64,000 bases of DNA from Minisyncoccota bacterium (GTDB taxonomy: Bacteria; Patescibacteriota; Minisyncoccia; Phycocordibacterales; UBA9973), in the NCBI GenBank assembly GCA_035510575.1, contig DATKGV010000008.1, forward strand, positions 68,618-132,617. The letters are read 5' to 3'. The position numbers were made by a program, and so were the translations under genes. The notes under the pieces were generated by a model. It did no database searches and was not told the origin of the DNA. It was given only the letters and a program-made list of their open reading frames with translations. This document shows positions 20,755-31,125 of the stretch, piece by piece (within the stretch, counting starts at the first letter, position 1; each line of letters starts with the position of its first letter).

Positions 20755-23277
20755 TTAATTATTCTCCACTTGAAAAGGAATTGTATTTTCTCCGGTATTC
20801 CCTGTAATATCGGTTCCTATAACTTTTATCAGATTATTATCGGAAATATTGGCAACATCGCTTGGAACAAATGATACCGCGAATGGATATGATTTTAATG
20901 ACGTTAAGTAAGTATCATTTATAAACACATCTATTTTTTTAATGGGGCTTTGGCTTTTAGGATTGATAGTGATTGTTATATTCTGGTCTTTCTTGTATAC
21001 AGCATTATCTATGCCAGTTATTTCAAAACTTGGCTTTGAAGTAATCGTATGAATGTTGTCATAAGCGGTTGGTTTATCGTTCTCGGTAACTATTTTATAT
21101 TTTGATTTATTATTTTCCCACCAATTTTGGACCCCATATTCCCAGTTTGTAAATTGAGAATCGCTTGTCGGGTCAGCAGGGCGAGGCCCTAGTGGATTAT
21201 CTTTATTTATCCAATACAAAATGCTATGAACATTTGTTATAGATGTTTCTTTGCGAGTGCTAGCAGGCGTGTACTCCGTAGCCAATCCTCCTCCTACGCT
21301 GTCAGTGACAAAAGTGTCGCCTCCTTGCCAGAACCCGCGCAAAATTGCTGGTATTGATTGATCAATTGGATCCGGCTTGTCAAATGACTCTATCGGCAAA
21401 TTTGCGAGTGCCGCTGTCATGACATCATTCCAAATAGGACCGGCAAGCGCCGCGCCGCCTTTTTTCATCGGAGTATTATCGTTATTGCCGACCCAAACGC
21501 CGACTGCCACTGATGGCGTATATCCTATAGTCCAAGCGTCTCTGTTGTCGTTAGTCGTACCCGTTTTTACGGCAACTTCATGTCCAGGGATAACAAGCGC
21601 GGAATTTGCTCCGAATGTCGGCGTTCTGGCTTTATTGTCCGAAAGTATGTCATCTAATATTCTCGGGATATTCGGATCAAGAACTTGATAAGATTTATTT
21701 TGGTAGCTTTCAAGCACATTGCCAGAGCTGTCTTCCACCGAAAGAATTCCTTGATAAGGATTTCTTATTCCGTCATTTGCAAAGACGCTATAGACGGAAG
21801 TCATATCAAGCAAAGTTGTTTCTCCGCCGCCGATAACAAGCGATAATCCATAGCGGGTCGGATCGTTCAGCGTGCTAATGCCCAAATCATGAGCCATTTT
21901 TAGAGCATCAGGGACGCCGACTAGATACAAAAGTTTTACAGCTACTATATTGATTGATTGAGCAAGCGCATCTTTAAGAGCCATCGGACCGCGATAATTA
22001 TTATCATAATCATCCGGCATGTAGCAGTTGGCATTCTCGTGTCCCGGTAGCGGTTTGCCTGTCGGACTGCACGATGCGTTGAATTCCGTTTTCACGTCGA
22101 ATAATACGGTATCAGCGGTGTACCCTTTTTTAAACGCTTCGGCATATACTATGGGCTTAAACGACGAACCCGGCTGGCGGGATGCTGTTGCAACGTTGAA
22201 ATTGCCGTCAATCGTCTTGTCGAAATAATCGCGCGATCCGACCATTGAAAGTATCTGGCCGGTTTTAGGATCAATTACCACAACTGCGGCATTCTTGCCA
22301 TTCCAATTTTTTTCATTGTCTTTGGCGTGCAATAGGGCTGATGCTTCGGCTTTCTGTTCTAAACCATAATCCAGCGTTGTAATTACTTTTAGTCCGCCAT
22401 TATCAAGCATATCTTCGCCGTACTTGTCTTCCAAATATTGTTTTATGAAAAAAACAAAATGCGGAGCCGCTATATGCATCGGCTGAGCCGGAAGAAATGC
22501 GACTTTCTCGGCGACAGCATTATTATAATCATCCTTATTTATGAATTTCAAATCTAGCATTCTTTTCAATACCAAATTCTTGCGCTCATCCAGCTTGTCT
22601 TTATTTTTGCCGTATGGCGAATAGTACGTAGGCCCATTGGGAATGGCAGCCAGATATGCCGACTCAGCTAAAGTCAGATTATAAGGTTCTTTGCCGAAGA
22701 AGGCCTTTGACGCTTCTTCAATGCCGTAAATATTGCCGCCATACGGAGCTTCGTTCAAATAAAGAGCCAATATGTCTTCCTTGCTCATGACCTGCTCGAG
22801 CTTTATGGCCAGAATCCACTCTTTTATTTTTCTAGTTAAAGTGACATCTGCCGTCAATAGAGTATTTTTGATCAATTGCTGGGTTATTGTCGAACCGCCG
22901 GTTACTTTTTTGCCTGTGAGTTTCGCCCAAATAGTTCCGCGAATTATGGAAGTCAAGCGAATGCCATTGTGCTGGTAAAATTCAGAGTCCTCAATGGCAA
23001 CTGTGGCATTCTTTATATTAACCCCCATATCTTCATAGGGAATGACAGTTCTTTTGATTCCTTGATGGACGTCATAAAGCAAGATCGTGCCGGTGCGATC
23101 GTATATTTTGGTTGAACTTTCTATTTTGCGCTCGGTAAATGATTTGAAATCCGGAAGCTGGAGCGTGCTGATCCAGATGATAACAGCGCCTGTAAACAAC
23201 AGCCCCACCCCGATAATTCCAAAAATCCAATTTCTTATCAAATGCTTCTTAATCTTCATATATGTGTATAATAACAT
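20755..23277 (-). CDS. Class A penicillin-binding protein (PBP1A family)
   Basis: Transglycosylase EDSEFY.H.G, GGSTITQQL, RKIKE; transpeptidase SSFK, SIN, KTGT. Confidence 0.95.
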   Translation of the reverse strand: MLLYTYMKIKKHLIRNWIFGIIGVGLLFTGAVIIWISTLQLPDFKSFTERKIESSTKIYDRTGTILLYDVHQGIKRTVIPYEDMGVNIKNATVAIEDSEFYQHNGIRLTSIIRGTIWAKLTGKKVTGGSTITQQLIKNTLLTADVTLTRKIKEWILAIKLEQVMSKEDILALYLNEAPYGGNIYGIEEASKAFFGKEPYNLTLAESAYLAAIPNGPTYYSPYGKNKDKLDERKNLVLKRMLDLKFINKDDYNNAVAEKVAFLPAQPMHIAAPHFVFFIKQYLEDKYGEDMLDNGGLKVITTLDYGLEQKAEASALLHAKDNEKNWNGKNAAVVVIDPKTGQILSMVGSRDYFDKTIDGNFNVATASRQPGSSFKPIVYAEAFKKGYTADTVLFDVKTEFNASCSPTGKPLPGHENANCYMPDDYDNNYRGPMALKDALAQSINIVAVKLLYLVGVPDALKMAHDLGISTLNDPTRYGLSLVIGGGETTLLDMTSVYSVFANDGIRNPYQGILSVEDSSGNVLESYQNKSYQVLDPNIPRILDDILSDNKARTPTFGANSALVIPGHEVAVKTGTTNDNRDAWTIGYTPSVAVGVWVGNNDNTPMKKGGAALAGPIWNDVMTAALANLPIESFDKPDPIDQSIPAILRGFWQGGDTFVTDSVGGGLATEYTPASTRKETSITNVHSILYWINKDNPLGPRPADPTSDSQFTNWEYGVQNWWENNKSKYKIVTENDKPTAYDNIHTITSKPSFEITGIDNAVYKKDQNITITINPKSQSPIKKIDVFINDTYLTSLKSYPFAVSFVPSDVANISDNNLIKVIGTDITGNTGENTIPFQVENN

Positions 23278-23318
23278 ACTATATTCTATAAAAATGGCAA
23301 ATATGGTAAAGTATTAAA

Positions 23319-24512
23319 ATGGAAAAAGATAATCAAAATGAACTATTAACTCGCGGAGTTTCTGCTATTTATCCGTCAAAAGAATTTTTGGCTTCAAAAA
23401 TAGCCAAGGGCGAGAAGCTTGCCATATACCTAGGCATTGATCCGACTGGCCCGACGCTTCATCTCGGGCATGCTATTACTATTAAAAAATTGGCTGAATT
23501 TCAAAAAACCGGACACAAAGTCATATTACTAATGGGGGACTTCACTGCCATGATTGGTGATCCGGATAAGCTTTCTGTCCGAGTGCCGTTAACCCGCAAG
23601 CAAGTGCTTTCCAATCTTAAGAATTATAAAAAGCAAGCAAGCAAGCTTCTGTCTTTTACTGGCAAAAATCCTGCCAAAATTATGTTTAATTCCAAATGGC
23701 TTGGCAAAATGAATTTTGCCGAAGTTTTGAATTTAGCTTCAAAAATGACAGTCAGCCAGATGCTTGAGCGCGATATGTTCAAGAAACGAAAAGAGGAAGA
23801 CAAGTCAATTTTTATCCATGAATTCATGTATCCATTAATGCAAGGATACGACAGCGTTGCCATGAATATAGATGGCGAGATCGGCGGCAATGATCAGACA
23901 TTTAATATGCTTGTCGGCCGCGATCTTATGAAAGTTATGAGGAATAAAGAAAAATTTGTTCTAACCATGAAGCTTCTTGAAGACAATGGCGGCAAGAAAA
24001 TGGGCAAGACAGAAAATAACATGGTTTCTCTTTCTGATAATGAAGAGGAAATGTATGGCAAAATTATGAGCTGGAATGACAGCTTGATAATTTCCGGGTT
24101 TGAGCTTTGCACTAACGTACCAATGCTTGAAATAGAAAAAATTGCGACTCTGCTTGCCGAAGGCATAAATCCGCGCGATTTGAAAATGCGTTTAGCTCGA
24201 GAAATCACGGCTATTTATCATGGAGAGAAAAAGGCGAAAGCGGCTGAAGAAAAATTTATAAATACTTTCCAGAAAAATGAAATACCGAATGACATCGAGA
24301 ATATTAAAGTGAAAGGAAACACCTTGCTAGTCGACGCGCTTTTGTCGAAGAAAATAATCTCATCAAAAAGCGATTATCGCCGGCTGGTGGACGAGCGCGC
24401 CATAACCAATCTTAATACGAATCAAAAAGTTTCTTCTTATGCGGAAACCGCCAGCGGCGGAGTTTATCGCATCGGCAAAAAAAGATTCTGCAAAATTATT
24501 TTAGAAAATTAA
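23319..24512 (+). CDS. tyrS: Tyrosine--tRNA ligase
   Basis: GIDPT..LHLGH; YPLMQGYD; GG.DQ; KMGK. Confidence 0.97.
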   Translation: MEKDNQNELLTRGVSAIYPSKEFLASKIAKGEKLAIYLGIDPTGPTLHLGHAITIKKLAEFQKTGHKVILLMGDFTAMIGDPDKLSVRVPLTRKQVLSNLKNYKKQASKLLSFTGKNPAKIMFNSKWLGKMNFAEVLNLASKMTVSQMLERDMFKKRKEEDKSIFIHEFMYPLMQGYDSVAMNIDGEIGGNDQTFNMLVGRDLMKVMRNKEKFVLTMKLLEDNGGKKMGKTENNMVSLSDNEEEMYGKIMSWNDSLIISGFELCTNVPMLEIEKIATLLAEGINPRDLKMRLAREITAIYHGEKKAKAAEEKFINTFQKNEIPNDIENIKVKGNTLLVDALLSKKIISSKSDYRRLVDERAITNLNTNQKVSSYAETASGGVYRIGKKRFCKIILEN

Positions 24513-24673
24513 TATTCGTTCCCATTCAAATCGGCAAAATCCCCGGCTTCCTCTTCATCATCAACCAAGAGGTCGTCATCTAGCGGGCCATCGCCAAGAT
24601 CAGCGTCGATATCCAGATCATCATCTTCTTCATCTGGACTATTAATTTCTATTTCATCATCGCTATAGCTCAT
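24509..24673 (-). CDS. 54-aa highly acidic microprotein (not in the ORF track)
   Basis: MSYSDDEIEINSPDEEDDDLDIDADLGDGPLDDDLLVDDEEEAGDFADLNGNEY; 25 of 54 residues D/E, no K/R. Confidence 0.65.
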   Translation of the reverse strand: MSYSDDEIEINSPDEEDDDLDIDADLGDGPLDDDLLVDDEEEAGDFADLNGNEY

Positions 24674-24747
24674 ATATTAAATATCGTTTTATCAAGCAAT
24701 AATTATAATGCACTATTTGTATCAAAATATTATTTTCTTTGCAATAC

Positions 24748-25236
24748 CTAAACACCTGTGGAAAACCTTTCACAGGCAAGACATGTTAATCCTATGGCTA
24801 TAGCATCTAATTCGTCATCCGAATTGATTGAATTGTCCACTTTTATCAGCTTTAGAACCATGCGAATTACCATATCTTTGGTGGCTTTGCCGTAGCCGGT
24901 TACAGCCACTTTTATCTGCGGCGGAGTATATTCAAATATCGAAAGGCCGTTGCGCGACGCGCTATATACGATAACTCCGCGCGCCTCGGCTACTCCCATA
25001 ACTGTTTTCTGATTAGTGGTGAAATATAATTTTTCTATGGCTAGCGCTTCTGGCTTGTATTTTTTTATAACTCTCTCAATTTCATTGCCGATAGCAGTCA
25101 ATCTTTCATGGAAAGGAATTTTAGCAGATGTTTTGAAACAACTCGAATAAACCAGAACGTCTTTTTGTTTCGGTGTTCTCTCTATGACAGCTATTCCGAT
25201 TCTTTCAAATCCCGGATCAATTGCTAGTATTTTCAT
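24748..25236 (-). CDS. ruvC: Holliday junction resolvase RuvC
   Basis: ILAIDPG; AIE.L.F..N; EARGV; K.AVTGYG.A.K; DD..DAIAI. Confidence 0.96.
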   Translation of the reverse strand: MKILAIDPGFERIGIAVIERTPKQKDVLVYSSCFKTSAKIPFHERLTAIGNEIERVIKKYKPEALAIEKLYFTTNQKTVMGVAEARGVIVYSASRNGLSIFEYTPPQIKVAVTGYGKATKDMVIRMVLKLIKVDNSINSDDELDAIAIGLTCLACERFSTGV

Positions 25237-25258
25237 AAATACAATTATATACTAATTT

Positions 25259-25712
25259 CACCCCTCAGTCCTTCGGACAGCTCCCCTTCGCAGGGGAGCA
25301 AAACTCAAAACTCTGATTTAATTTTCATCAAAACACTCTCAATATTTTTATCAATTTCATTATTCCAAAATCTTAGAGTTTTTATTCCAAGAGATTTCAT
25401 ATAATTTTCTCTTTCAATATCATATTCTTTTGCTTCTAAGTGTTGAGAACCGTCTATTTCGATAACTAAATTTTTTTCTTTACAATAAAAATCTACAATA
25501 TATGGCCCAATACCTTGTTGTCGTCTAAATTTTATTACTAAATTTTCATTTTTTAAATAAAACCATAATTTGAATTCTTGTGGAGTTAAAGATTTTCTTA
25601 ATTCTTTTCTTCTATCTTTAAATTTTGATTTATTAAAAATCTCATACATAATGATATTATATAATTTTTTGCTCCCCTGCGAAGGGGAGCTGTCATTTAT
25701 GACTGAGGGGTG
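25259..25712. mobile_element. DUF559 endonuclease cassette bounded by 45/46-bp inverted REP-like repeats
   Basis: 25259-25303 and 25667-25712 are reverse complements except in a small loop; AT-rich gene inside; inserted between ruvB and ruvC. Confidence 0.65.
25305..25649 (-). CDS. DUF559 / Vsr-like endonuclease domain protein
   Basis: RRKELRK..T..E..LW..L; KFRRQ..IGPYIVDFYC; IEIDGSQH; LRFWN. Confidence 0.92.
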   Translation of the reverse strand: MYEIFNKSKFKDRRKELRKSLTPQEFKLWFYLKNENLVIKFRRQQGIGPYIVDFYCKEKNLVIEIDGSQHLEAKEYDIERENYMKSLGIKTLRFWNNEIDKNIESVLMKIKSEF

Positions 25713-25713
25713 T

Positions 25714-26706
25714 TTACTTTTCTACATAATCAAATCCTAAATGCTCGTAACCTTTTTTTGTGACTGTTCGTCCGCGAGTGGTGCGCTCAATTAATCCAAG
25801 CTGGATCAGATACGGCTCAATCACTTCTTCAATCGTCGCTTCCTCTTCAGAAGTTGCCGCAGCGACAGTTTTTAATCCGACTGGTCCGCCGCCAAATTTG
25901 CTGATGATTATTTCAAGAATCCGCCTGTCGGACGCAGATAATCCGAGTTCATCAACTTCAAGCAAAGCCAAAGCTTTTTTTACTGTCTCTTTAGATAAAG
26001 GAATTTTGTGGACTTGGGCGTAATCGCGGCAGCGTTTCAGAAAATAATTGGCAATTCGAGGAGTAAATCTGGCGCGCTTGGCTATTTCGTTCAAGGCTTC
26101 ATCATCTAATTTAACTCCAAGTATTTTTGCCGATCGCATCAGGATCTTTTTTATCTCGTCATGAGTATAGAATTCAAGCCGGAATGTTCCGCCGGAGAAT
26201 CGCGAACGAAGAGGGGATGATAACAGCGCAATTCTGGTGGTAGCAGCGATGAGAGTGAATGGCGGAAGTTCAAGCTGTATGGTGCGGGCTGAAGGTCCTT
26301 TGCCGATGATAATATCAAGCACACCGGATTCCATAGCGGGGTAGAGAACCTCTTCAATCATTTTATTCAAGCGATGAATTTCATCTATAAAGACGATATC
26401 GCCGGGCGCAAGATTAGTAAGAATCGAAGCCAGATCGCCGACTTTATCTATCGCCGGACCTGAAGTTATTTTAATCTGCCTGTTTGTCTCTTTAGCTATC
26501 AAATGAGCAAGCGTGGTCTTGCCCAAGCCCGGCGGCCCGTAAAAGAGTATGTGTTCGGCCGGATGGGATCGCTCTTCCGCCGCAGTCAGAAGTATTTTAA
26601 GATTTGCCTTAATATTTTCCTGGCCGATATATTCATCCCAGGCGGTTGGACGCAGCGTCTGGTCAAGGTATCTTTCGTCTTTTGTTGTTTGTTCAGTGCT
26701 TGACAT
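25714..26706 (-). CDS. ruvB: Holliday junction helicase RuvB
   Basis: LRP...EYIGQ; GPPGLGKTTLA; DEIHRL; EPYL. Confidence 0.98.
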   Translation of the reverse strand: MSSTEQTTKDERYLDQTLRPTAWDEYIGQENIKANLKILLTAAEERSHPAEHILFYGPPGLGKTTLAHLIAKETNRQIKITSGPAIDKVGDLASILTNLAPGDIVFIDEIHRLNKMIEEVLYPAMESGVLDIIIGKGPSARTIQLELPPFTLIAATTRIALLSSPLRSRFSGGTFRLEFYTHDEIKKILMRSAKILGVKLDDEALNEIAKRARFTPRIANYFLKRCRDYAQVHKIPLSKETVKKALALLEVDELGLSASDRRILEIIISKFGGGPVGLKTVAAATSEEEATIEEVIEPYLIQLGLIERTTRGRTVTKKGYEHLGFDYVEK

Positions 26707-26728
26707 TATTTTTTAATTATGATATAGT
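26700..26728 (+). promoter_or_regulatory. Near-consensus sigma70 promoter
   Basis: TTGACA (26700-26705), 17-bp spacer, TG-n-TATAGT (26723-26728). Confidence 0.6.
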
Positions 26729-26734
26729 TCCCAA

Positions 26735-26930
26735 AGAAATTGATACATCTTGATTATAGCATTTGCGCGAAGAGGACATAAATCTCTAAGCAATCGGCCC
26801 TGCGCTCTACATGCGTGCATAGGACGCCCTGGTTATATTTATATTTACTGGGACTATCCTGTAATCGTATTTTACTTTAAGAATGAATGTTCCTAAAGGA
26901 TTGTTTAGAGATTTATGTTTTTTTCTTTTT
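26735..26930 (+). ncRNA. Candidate structured ncRNA (rod-shaped, 6S-like size)
   Basis: 20-bp closing stem 26776-26795/26899-26918 with one G-U pair, inner stem, 3' U-tract, promoter upstream. Confidence 0.4.
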
Positions 26931-26969
26931 TATCTTTACAAGATGTACTTTTAGTTATATCATGTTGTT

Positions 26970-27653
26970 ATGAATAAAAAAAGTAAAATTTTAATAGTAA
27001 TTATTGTTTTATTAACTTTAATAATAGCAGTTTTATTATATTTCTTATTAAACGATAAGATTTCTAAAAACACCAATAAGAGCACCTCAAATAATGTTGT
27101 TACAGATTCAAATTTAACTGTTTTTAAGGCTAAGAATATGCCATTTCAATTTTCAGCTCCGAAAATTTGGAGTATATTTAATCCAGCAGATATTTCGTTA
27201 CCGACCGTTCTAAAACCCGAGTTAGATTTGAATAATAATTTAGAATTACATGATAATCATATTGAATCAGCCTTATTAATTATAAATAAAACCTATCTAC
27301 ATCCAATAATTGATGTGTCTGTTCATAAACTTTCTGAAAATGATTCTTTTAAAAAAGATATTTTTGGTAATGATTCATCTGATCTAGACAATGCTTGCTC
27401 ATCTTTAATAGGTGGTATGGCAGTTCATGGTTGGATTAAAGAGAAAAAGATTATTAATAATCTCACATATATTAGATGTGAAGATATAGAATTACCTGCT
27501 TATGATGATGTTCATTATATTATTACGGACAATAATTACATAGCGTTCTTTTTCTTTAGGTTTAAGGAACAAGGAAGAACATTAAAAGCAGTTGATGACT
27601 ATTCAGCATATTTACCCGATTTTGAAACAATGGTTCAATCAGTTAAATTCTAA
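26970..27653 (+). CDS. Membrane-anchored hypothetical protein (PsbP-like C-terminus possible)
   Basis: N-terminal TM; ends FETMVQSVKF; AT-rich. Confidence 0.7.
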   Translation: MNKKSKILIVIIVLLTLIIAVLLYFLLNDKISKNTNKSTSNNVVTDSNLTVFKAKNMPFQFSAPKIWSIFNPADISLPTVLKPELDLNNNLELHDNHIESALLIINKTYLHPIIDVSVHKLSENDSFKKDIFGNDSSDLDNACSSLIGGMAVHGWIKEKKIINNLTYIRCEDIELPAYDDVHYIITDNNYIAFFFFRFKEQGRTLKAVDDYSAYLPDFETMVQSVKF

Positions 27654-27666
27654 TTAATTCTTTTTA

Positions 27667-27702
27667 AAAATAAAACTCCTACATTTGTAGGAGTTTTATT
27701 TT
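27667..27702. terminator. Bidirectional terminator
   Basis: aaaataaaactcctaca-tt-tgtaggagttttatttt. Confidence 0.75.
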
Positions 27703-27707
27703 ATTTT

Positions 27708-29408
27708 CTATTCCTCGTACAAATCAACCACGCTGCCGACTTCTTCATAAGAAGTGATGCCTTTTAGGACTTTGGCAATCCCGTCTTCCCGCATATCAAG
27801 CGATCCTTGATGAGATGCGACTTCTTTTATTTCCCGCTCGCTCGGATTTTTAGGTATTATTTCCTGAATTTCAGCGTTGTTATGAATGGCTTCAAATATT
27901 CCTATTCGCCCTTTATAGCCGGTATAATTGCATTCCGCGCAGCCGACGGCTTCATATATTTTAAACGGTTCCGATATGCTTACGCCATAATTGTTGAAAT
28001 CTTTCTTATGAGCCAGAGCATTATCAATAACTTTTTTAATAACTTTAAGTTCTTCATCTTTGGCTATTTTTTCTTTTTTACAGCTGGCGCAAAGTTTGCG
28101 GACCAAGCGCTGGGCGATAGATAAAGATAATGCCGAAACCAGAATTTTCGGATTAACTTCAAGGTCAATCAAGCGGGGAATAACCCCGGCGGCATTATTG
28201 GTGTGCAGAGTAGAGAAGACCAAATGCCCGGTTAGAGCCGATTCAACGGCGATTTTTGCCGTTTCGCTGTCGCGAATTTCGCCAACCATGATCACATCCG
28301 GATCTTGGCGGAGCGATGAGCGCAAACCTTCAAGAAAAGTGTAACCCTTTTCAGTATCCACTTGCGTCTGGGTAATGCCCGGCAGGTGATATTCTATCGG
28401 GTCTTCAATGGTTATTATTTTTATTTCAGTCGAATAAATCTTCTGCAAAAAAGAATAAAGCGTCGTGGTCTTGCCGGAGCCGGTCGGACCGGTCAAGAGG
28501 ATCATGCCATTCGGTTTTCTTATTTCCTGCATGAATATGTCGTAGAGCTTCGATTCGATGCCCATATCCTCCAATTTTATTTGGATTGTTTTTGGATTGA
28601 GTATTCTCATGACGATTGATTCGCCATAAGCCCCCGGTATCAGCGAAACACGCAAGCTAATCTCGTCTTTATCCAGGAATATGCTGAAACGGCCGTCTTG
28701 AGCTATGGCTGAAGATGTTATTTTAAGTCCGGAAATAAGCTTGATTCTGGAATTTATAAGCTTATGGACTGTCGGGGATATATCCATGACTGTATGCAGA
28801 ACTCCGTCCAGGCGGAAGCGCAAGCGGACGACATCTTTCTCCGGTTCAAAATGAAGATCCGAAGCATTGATAGCGATGGCGCCGGCCAGCGCAATTTCCA
28901 GTATGTGCGAAGTGGTGTGCGACTTGTCTTTTTCTGTTTCGATTATGGCGTTTTTTATATCATCAATATTATTAATGCCCTTCATTATTTTTTTAAGAGT
29001 TTCGCCCGATACGTCAATGCTGCCGGCTCTTGATTCCGAAGCATATGAAATTTCTTTGTAGCGTTCCCACGCCTTGGAAAGGCTGGCAAGGGAAGCCATA
29101 TAGAAATGCGGTTTATAGCCGTGATCCTCGAAATATGATTTCAATCTTTCTATTTTTTCCGGCTGCGGAGATCTTATGGCGATATGTATGTCTTTGCCGA
29201 GCACTTTAAACGGAGCAACTTCTTCTTTAAGTGCTTCTGCCTCCGGAATTGCGCGCAGAGCGTCATTGTCAATAGGAATACCGGCCAGATTAATCGGCGG
29301 TACGCCATATTTGGGCTCAGCTAGCGCTTGAACCAAATCCTCTTCCTCTTGCTTCCGAAGATCGGCAAGACCTTTAATCTCTTTATCATCATCAAACGAA
29401 ATAGCCAT
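27708..29408 (-). CDS. pilB: Type IV pilus assembly ATPase (GspE/PilB family)
   Basis: ASDLHFEP; RLDGVL; GPTGSGKTTTLY; LRQDPDVIMVGEIRD; STLHTN; CxxC pairs. Confidence 0.9.
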   Translation of the reverse strand: MAISFDDDKEIKGLADLRKQEEEDLVQALAEPKYGVPPINLAGIPIDNDALRAIPEAEALKEEVAPFKVLGKDIHIAIRSPQPEKIERLKSYFEDHGYKPHFYMASLASLSKAWERYKEISYASESRAGSIDVSGETLKKIMKGINNIDDIKNAIIETEKDKSHTTSHILEIALAGAIAINASDLHFEPEKDVVRLRFRLDGVLHTVMDISPTVHKLINSRIKLISGLKITSSAIAQDGRFSIFLDKDEISLRVSLIPGAYGESIVMRILNPKTIQIKLEDMGIESKLYDIFMQEIRKPNGMILLTGPTGSGKTTTLYSFLQKIYSTEIKIITIEDPIEYHLPGITQTQVDTEKGYTFLEGLRSSLRQDPDVIMVGEIRDSETAKIAVESALTGHLVFSTLHTNNAAGVIPRLIDLEVNPKILVSALSLSIAQRLVRKLCASCKKEKIAKDEELKVIKKVIDNALAHKKDFNNYGVSISEPFKIYEAVGCAECNYTGYKGRIGIFEAIHNNAEIQEIIPKNPSEREIKEVASHQGSLDMREDGIAKVLKGITSYEEVGSVVDLYEE

Positions 29409-29515
29409 ATCGCCTTATTATATCGTATAAAATAGGCAATAAACATACTTGACAATTATCATCGTATATGCTATCATAACAGGATTAAAAGTTTTAAATT
29501 CAAATTAATTATTAA

Positions 29516-31117
29516 ATGAAAAATTTTATGAAAAAAGCAATATATTCTTTATTAGTAGCCGCATTTGTGCTGGCTGGCAGCAGCGCTTCGGCTTTTACTT
29601 TTACTACACCGGTATATCCTATATCGTATGCGTCAACATATACGCCGGCATACACATACAGCTGTTATCTAAATCTTACAGCTAACGGCTCTTCATCCTC
29701 TATTTCCGTGTCATACGGTTCGCCAGTCGTATTATCTTGGAGCACAAGCGGCTGCAGTTCGGCCAGCGTCATAGGCCCGGGCGTTAATAGCGGCAACTTG
29801 AGCAATACGGTAACTATTTATCCTGCAAGTTCGTCCCAGTATGCGATCACGGCATATGATTATAATGGAACCCAGCAAACCCAATCTGTTTATGTTTCAG
29901 TAATTCAAAATCAATACAATGCGTACCCTTATACATATCCATATAATTGCTCTATTTCAAGCTTCAGCGCAAGCCAGACCTATGTTACCTCCGGCTACCC
30001 AGTTACTCTTTCTTGGAGCACCAGCAATTGCTATTCGGTGAGTATCTCAAACATCGGAAATGTTTCAACTTATGGCAGCAAGGTCGTTTATCCGGCATAC
30101 AACTCCGGCAATTATGTCCTAACCGCCTATGGATCAAACGGCGTCAGCCAGACGCAATCTGTTTATATAACAGTGCAGAACAATAATGTTCTCGCTTATA
30201 ATTATGCAAACACCAATGTTGTCACAACTGTTGCAACAAATATCTCAAAAACCTCCGCCCAATTAAATGGCCTTATTACAAATCCTAATTATTACAATAC
30301 TAATGTGTATTTCGAATATGGCACGACGGTTAATCTTGGATTAAGAACTGCTTCCATGCTGGCTAATGGCAATTCCTCATTCAGTGAGAATCTGACCGGC
30401 CTTGCTTCTGATACAATTTACTATTTCCGCGCGGTCTCTCAGGGCTCAAATGGAACATATTTCGGCACCATTGAAATCTTCCAAACTCCAGGCGTTGCAG
30501 TACCCGCCAAGCAAGTTGTAGTTCAAGGACCTACGGTTACAGGCGAGAAGTCCCCGATAATGCTCAAGATTGAAAACAAGTATGAATCAATAAGCGAAGG
30601 CGATACTGTTGATTACACCGTTTCTTATAAGAACATAGGCAAGACGACATTAGTTCATCCGATGCTTCAAGTTGTTGCGCCAAAAGGCATTACTCTGACA
30701 AACTCTTCAAGCGGCACATACTCAAGCGATACCAATACTCTTACCATTCCGCTTAATGATCTTGCCAATAATGCAAATGACGTGATATATGTGCAGGGAA
30801 AAGTCAGCGGCATACCATCCGGCACTTCGCAAGTTGTGACGACAGCGCTTCTTGTTTACACTAATGCAAATGGCGCTCAAGAAAATGCCATGGCTTATGC
30901 GCTCAACAAAATAAAAGACAATGCTTCCAGCAATACTTTGACCGCTTCGGCATTCGGCAGCGGAATCTTTCCCACAAGCTTAATCGGCTGGCTGATAATA
31001 ATTATCTGCATTATGGGAATTGTATTTATCGCCCGCAAAATTAGCGCTCAATCAAGAGCTAATGCTTATAATAATTCTCACACCCCATTGCCACCAAACA
31101 ATATTCCAACTCATTAA
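29516..31117 (+). CDS. Exported surface protein with Ig-like, Fn3-like and DUF11-like domains and C-terminal membrane anchor
   Basis: Signal peptide; LSWST repeats; FEYGTT..YYFRAV; GDTVDYTVSYKN; C-terminal TM. Confidence 0.75.
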   Translation: MKNFMKKAIYSLLVAAFVLAGSSASAFTFTTPVYPISYASTYTPAYTYSCYLNLTANGSSSSISVSYGSPVVLSWSTSGCSSASVIGPGVNSGNLSNTVTIYPASSSQYAITAYDYNGTQQTQSVYVSVIQNQYNAYPYTYPYNCSISSFSASQTYVTSGYPVTLSWSTSNCYSVSISNIGNVSTYGSKVVYPAYNSGNYVLTAYGSNGVSQTQSVYITVQNNNVLAYNYANTNVVTTVATNISKTSAQLNGLITNPNYYNTNVYFEYGTTVNLGLRTASMLANGNSSFSENLTGLASDTIYYFRAVSQGSNGTYFGTIEIFQTPGVAVPAKQVVVQGPTVTGEKSPIMLKIENKYESISEGDTVDYTVSYKNIGKTTLVHPMLQVVAPKGITLTNSSSGTYSSDTNTLTIPLNDLANNANDVIYVQGKVSGIPSGTSQVVTTALLVYTNANGAQENAMAYALNKIKDNASSNTLTASAFGSGIFPTSLIGWLIIIICIMGIVFIARKISAQSRANAYNNSHTPLPPNNIPTH

Positions 31118-31125
31118 AAGTTAAA

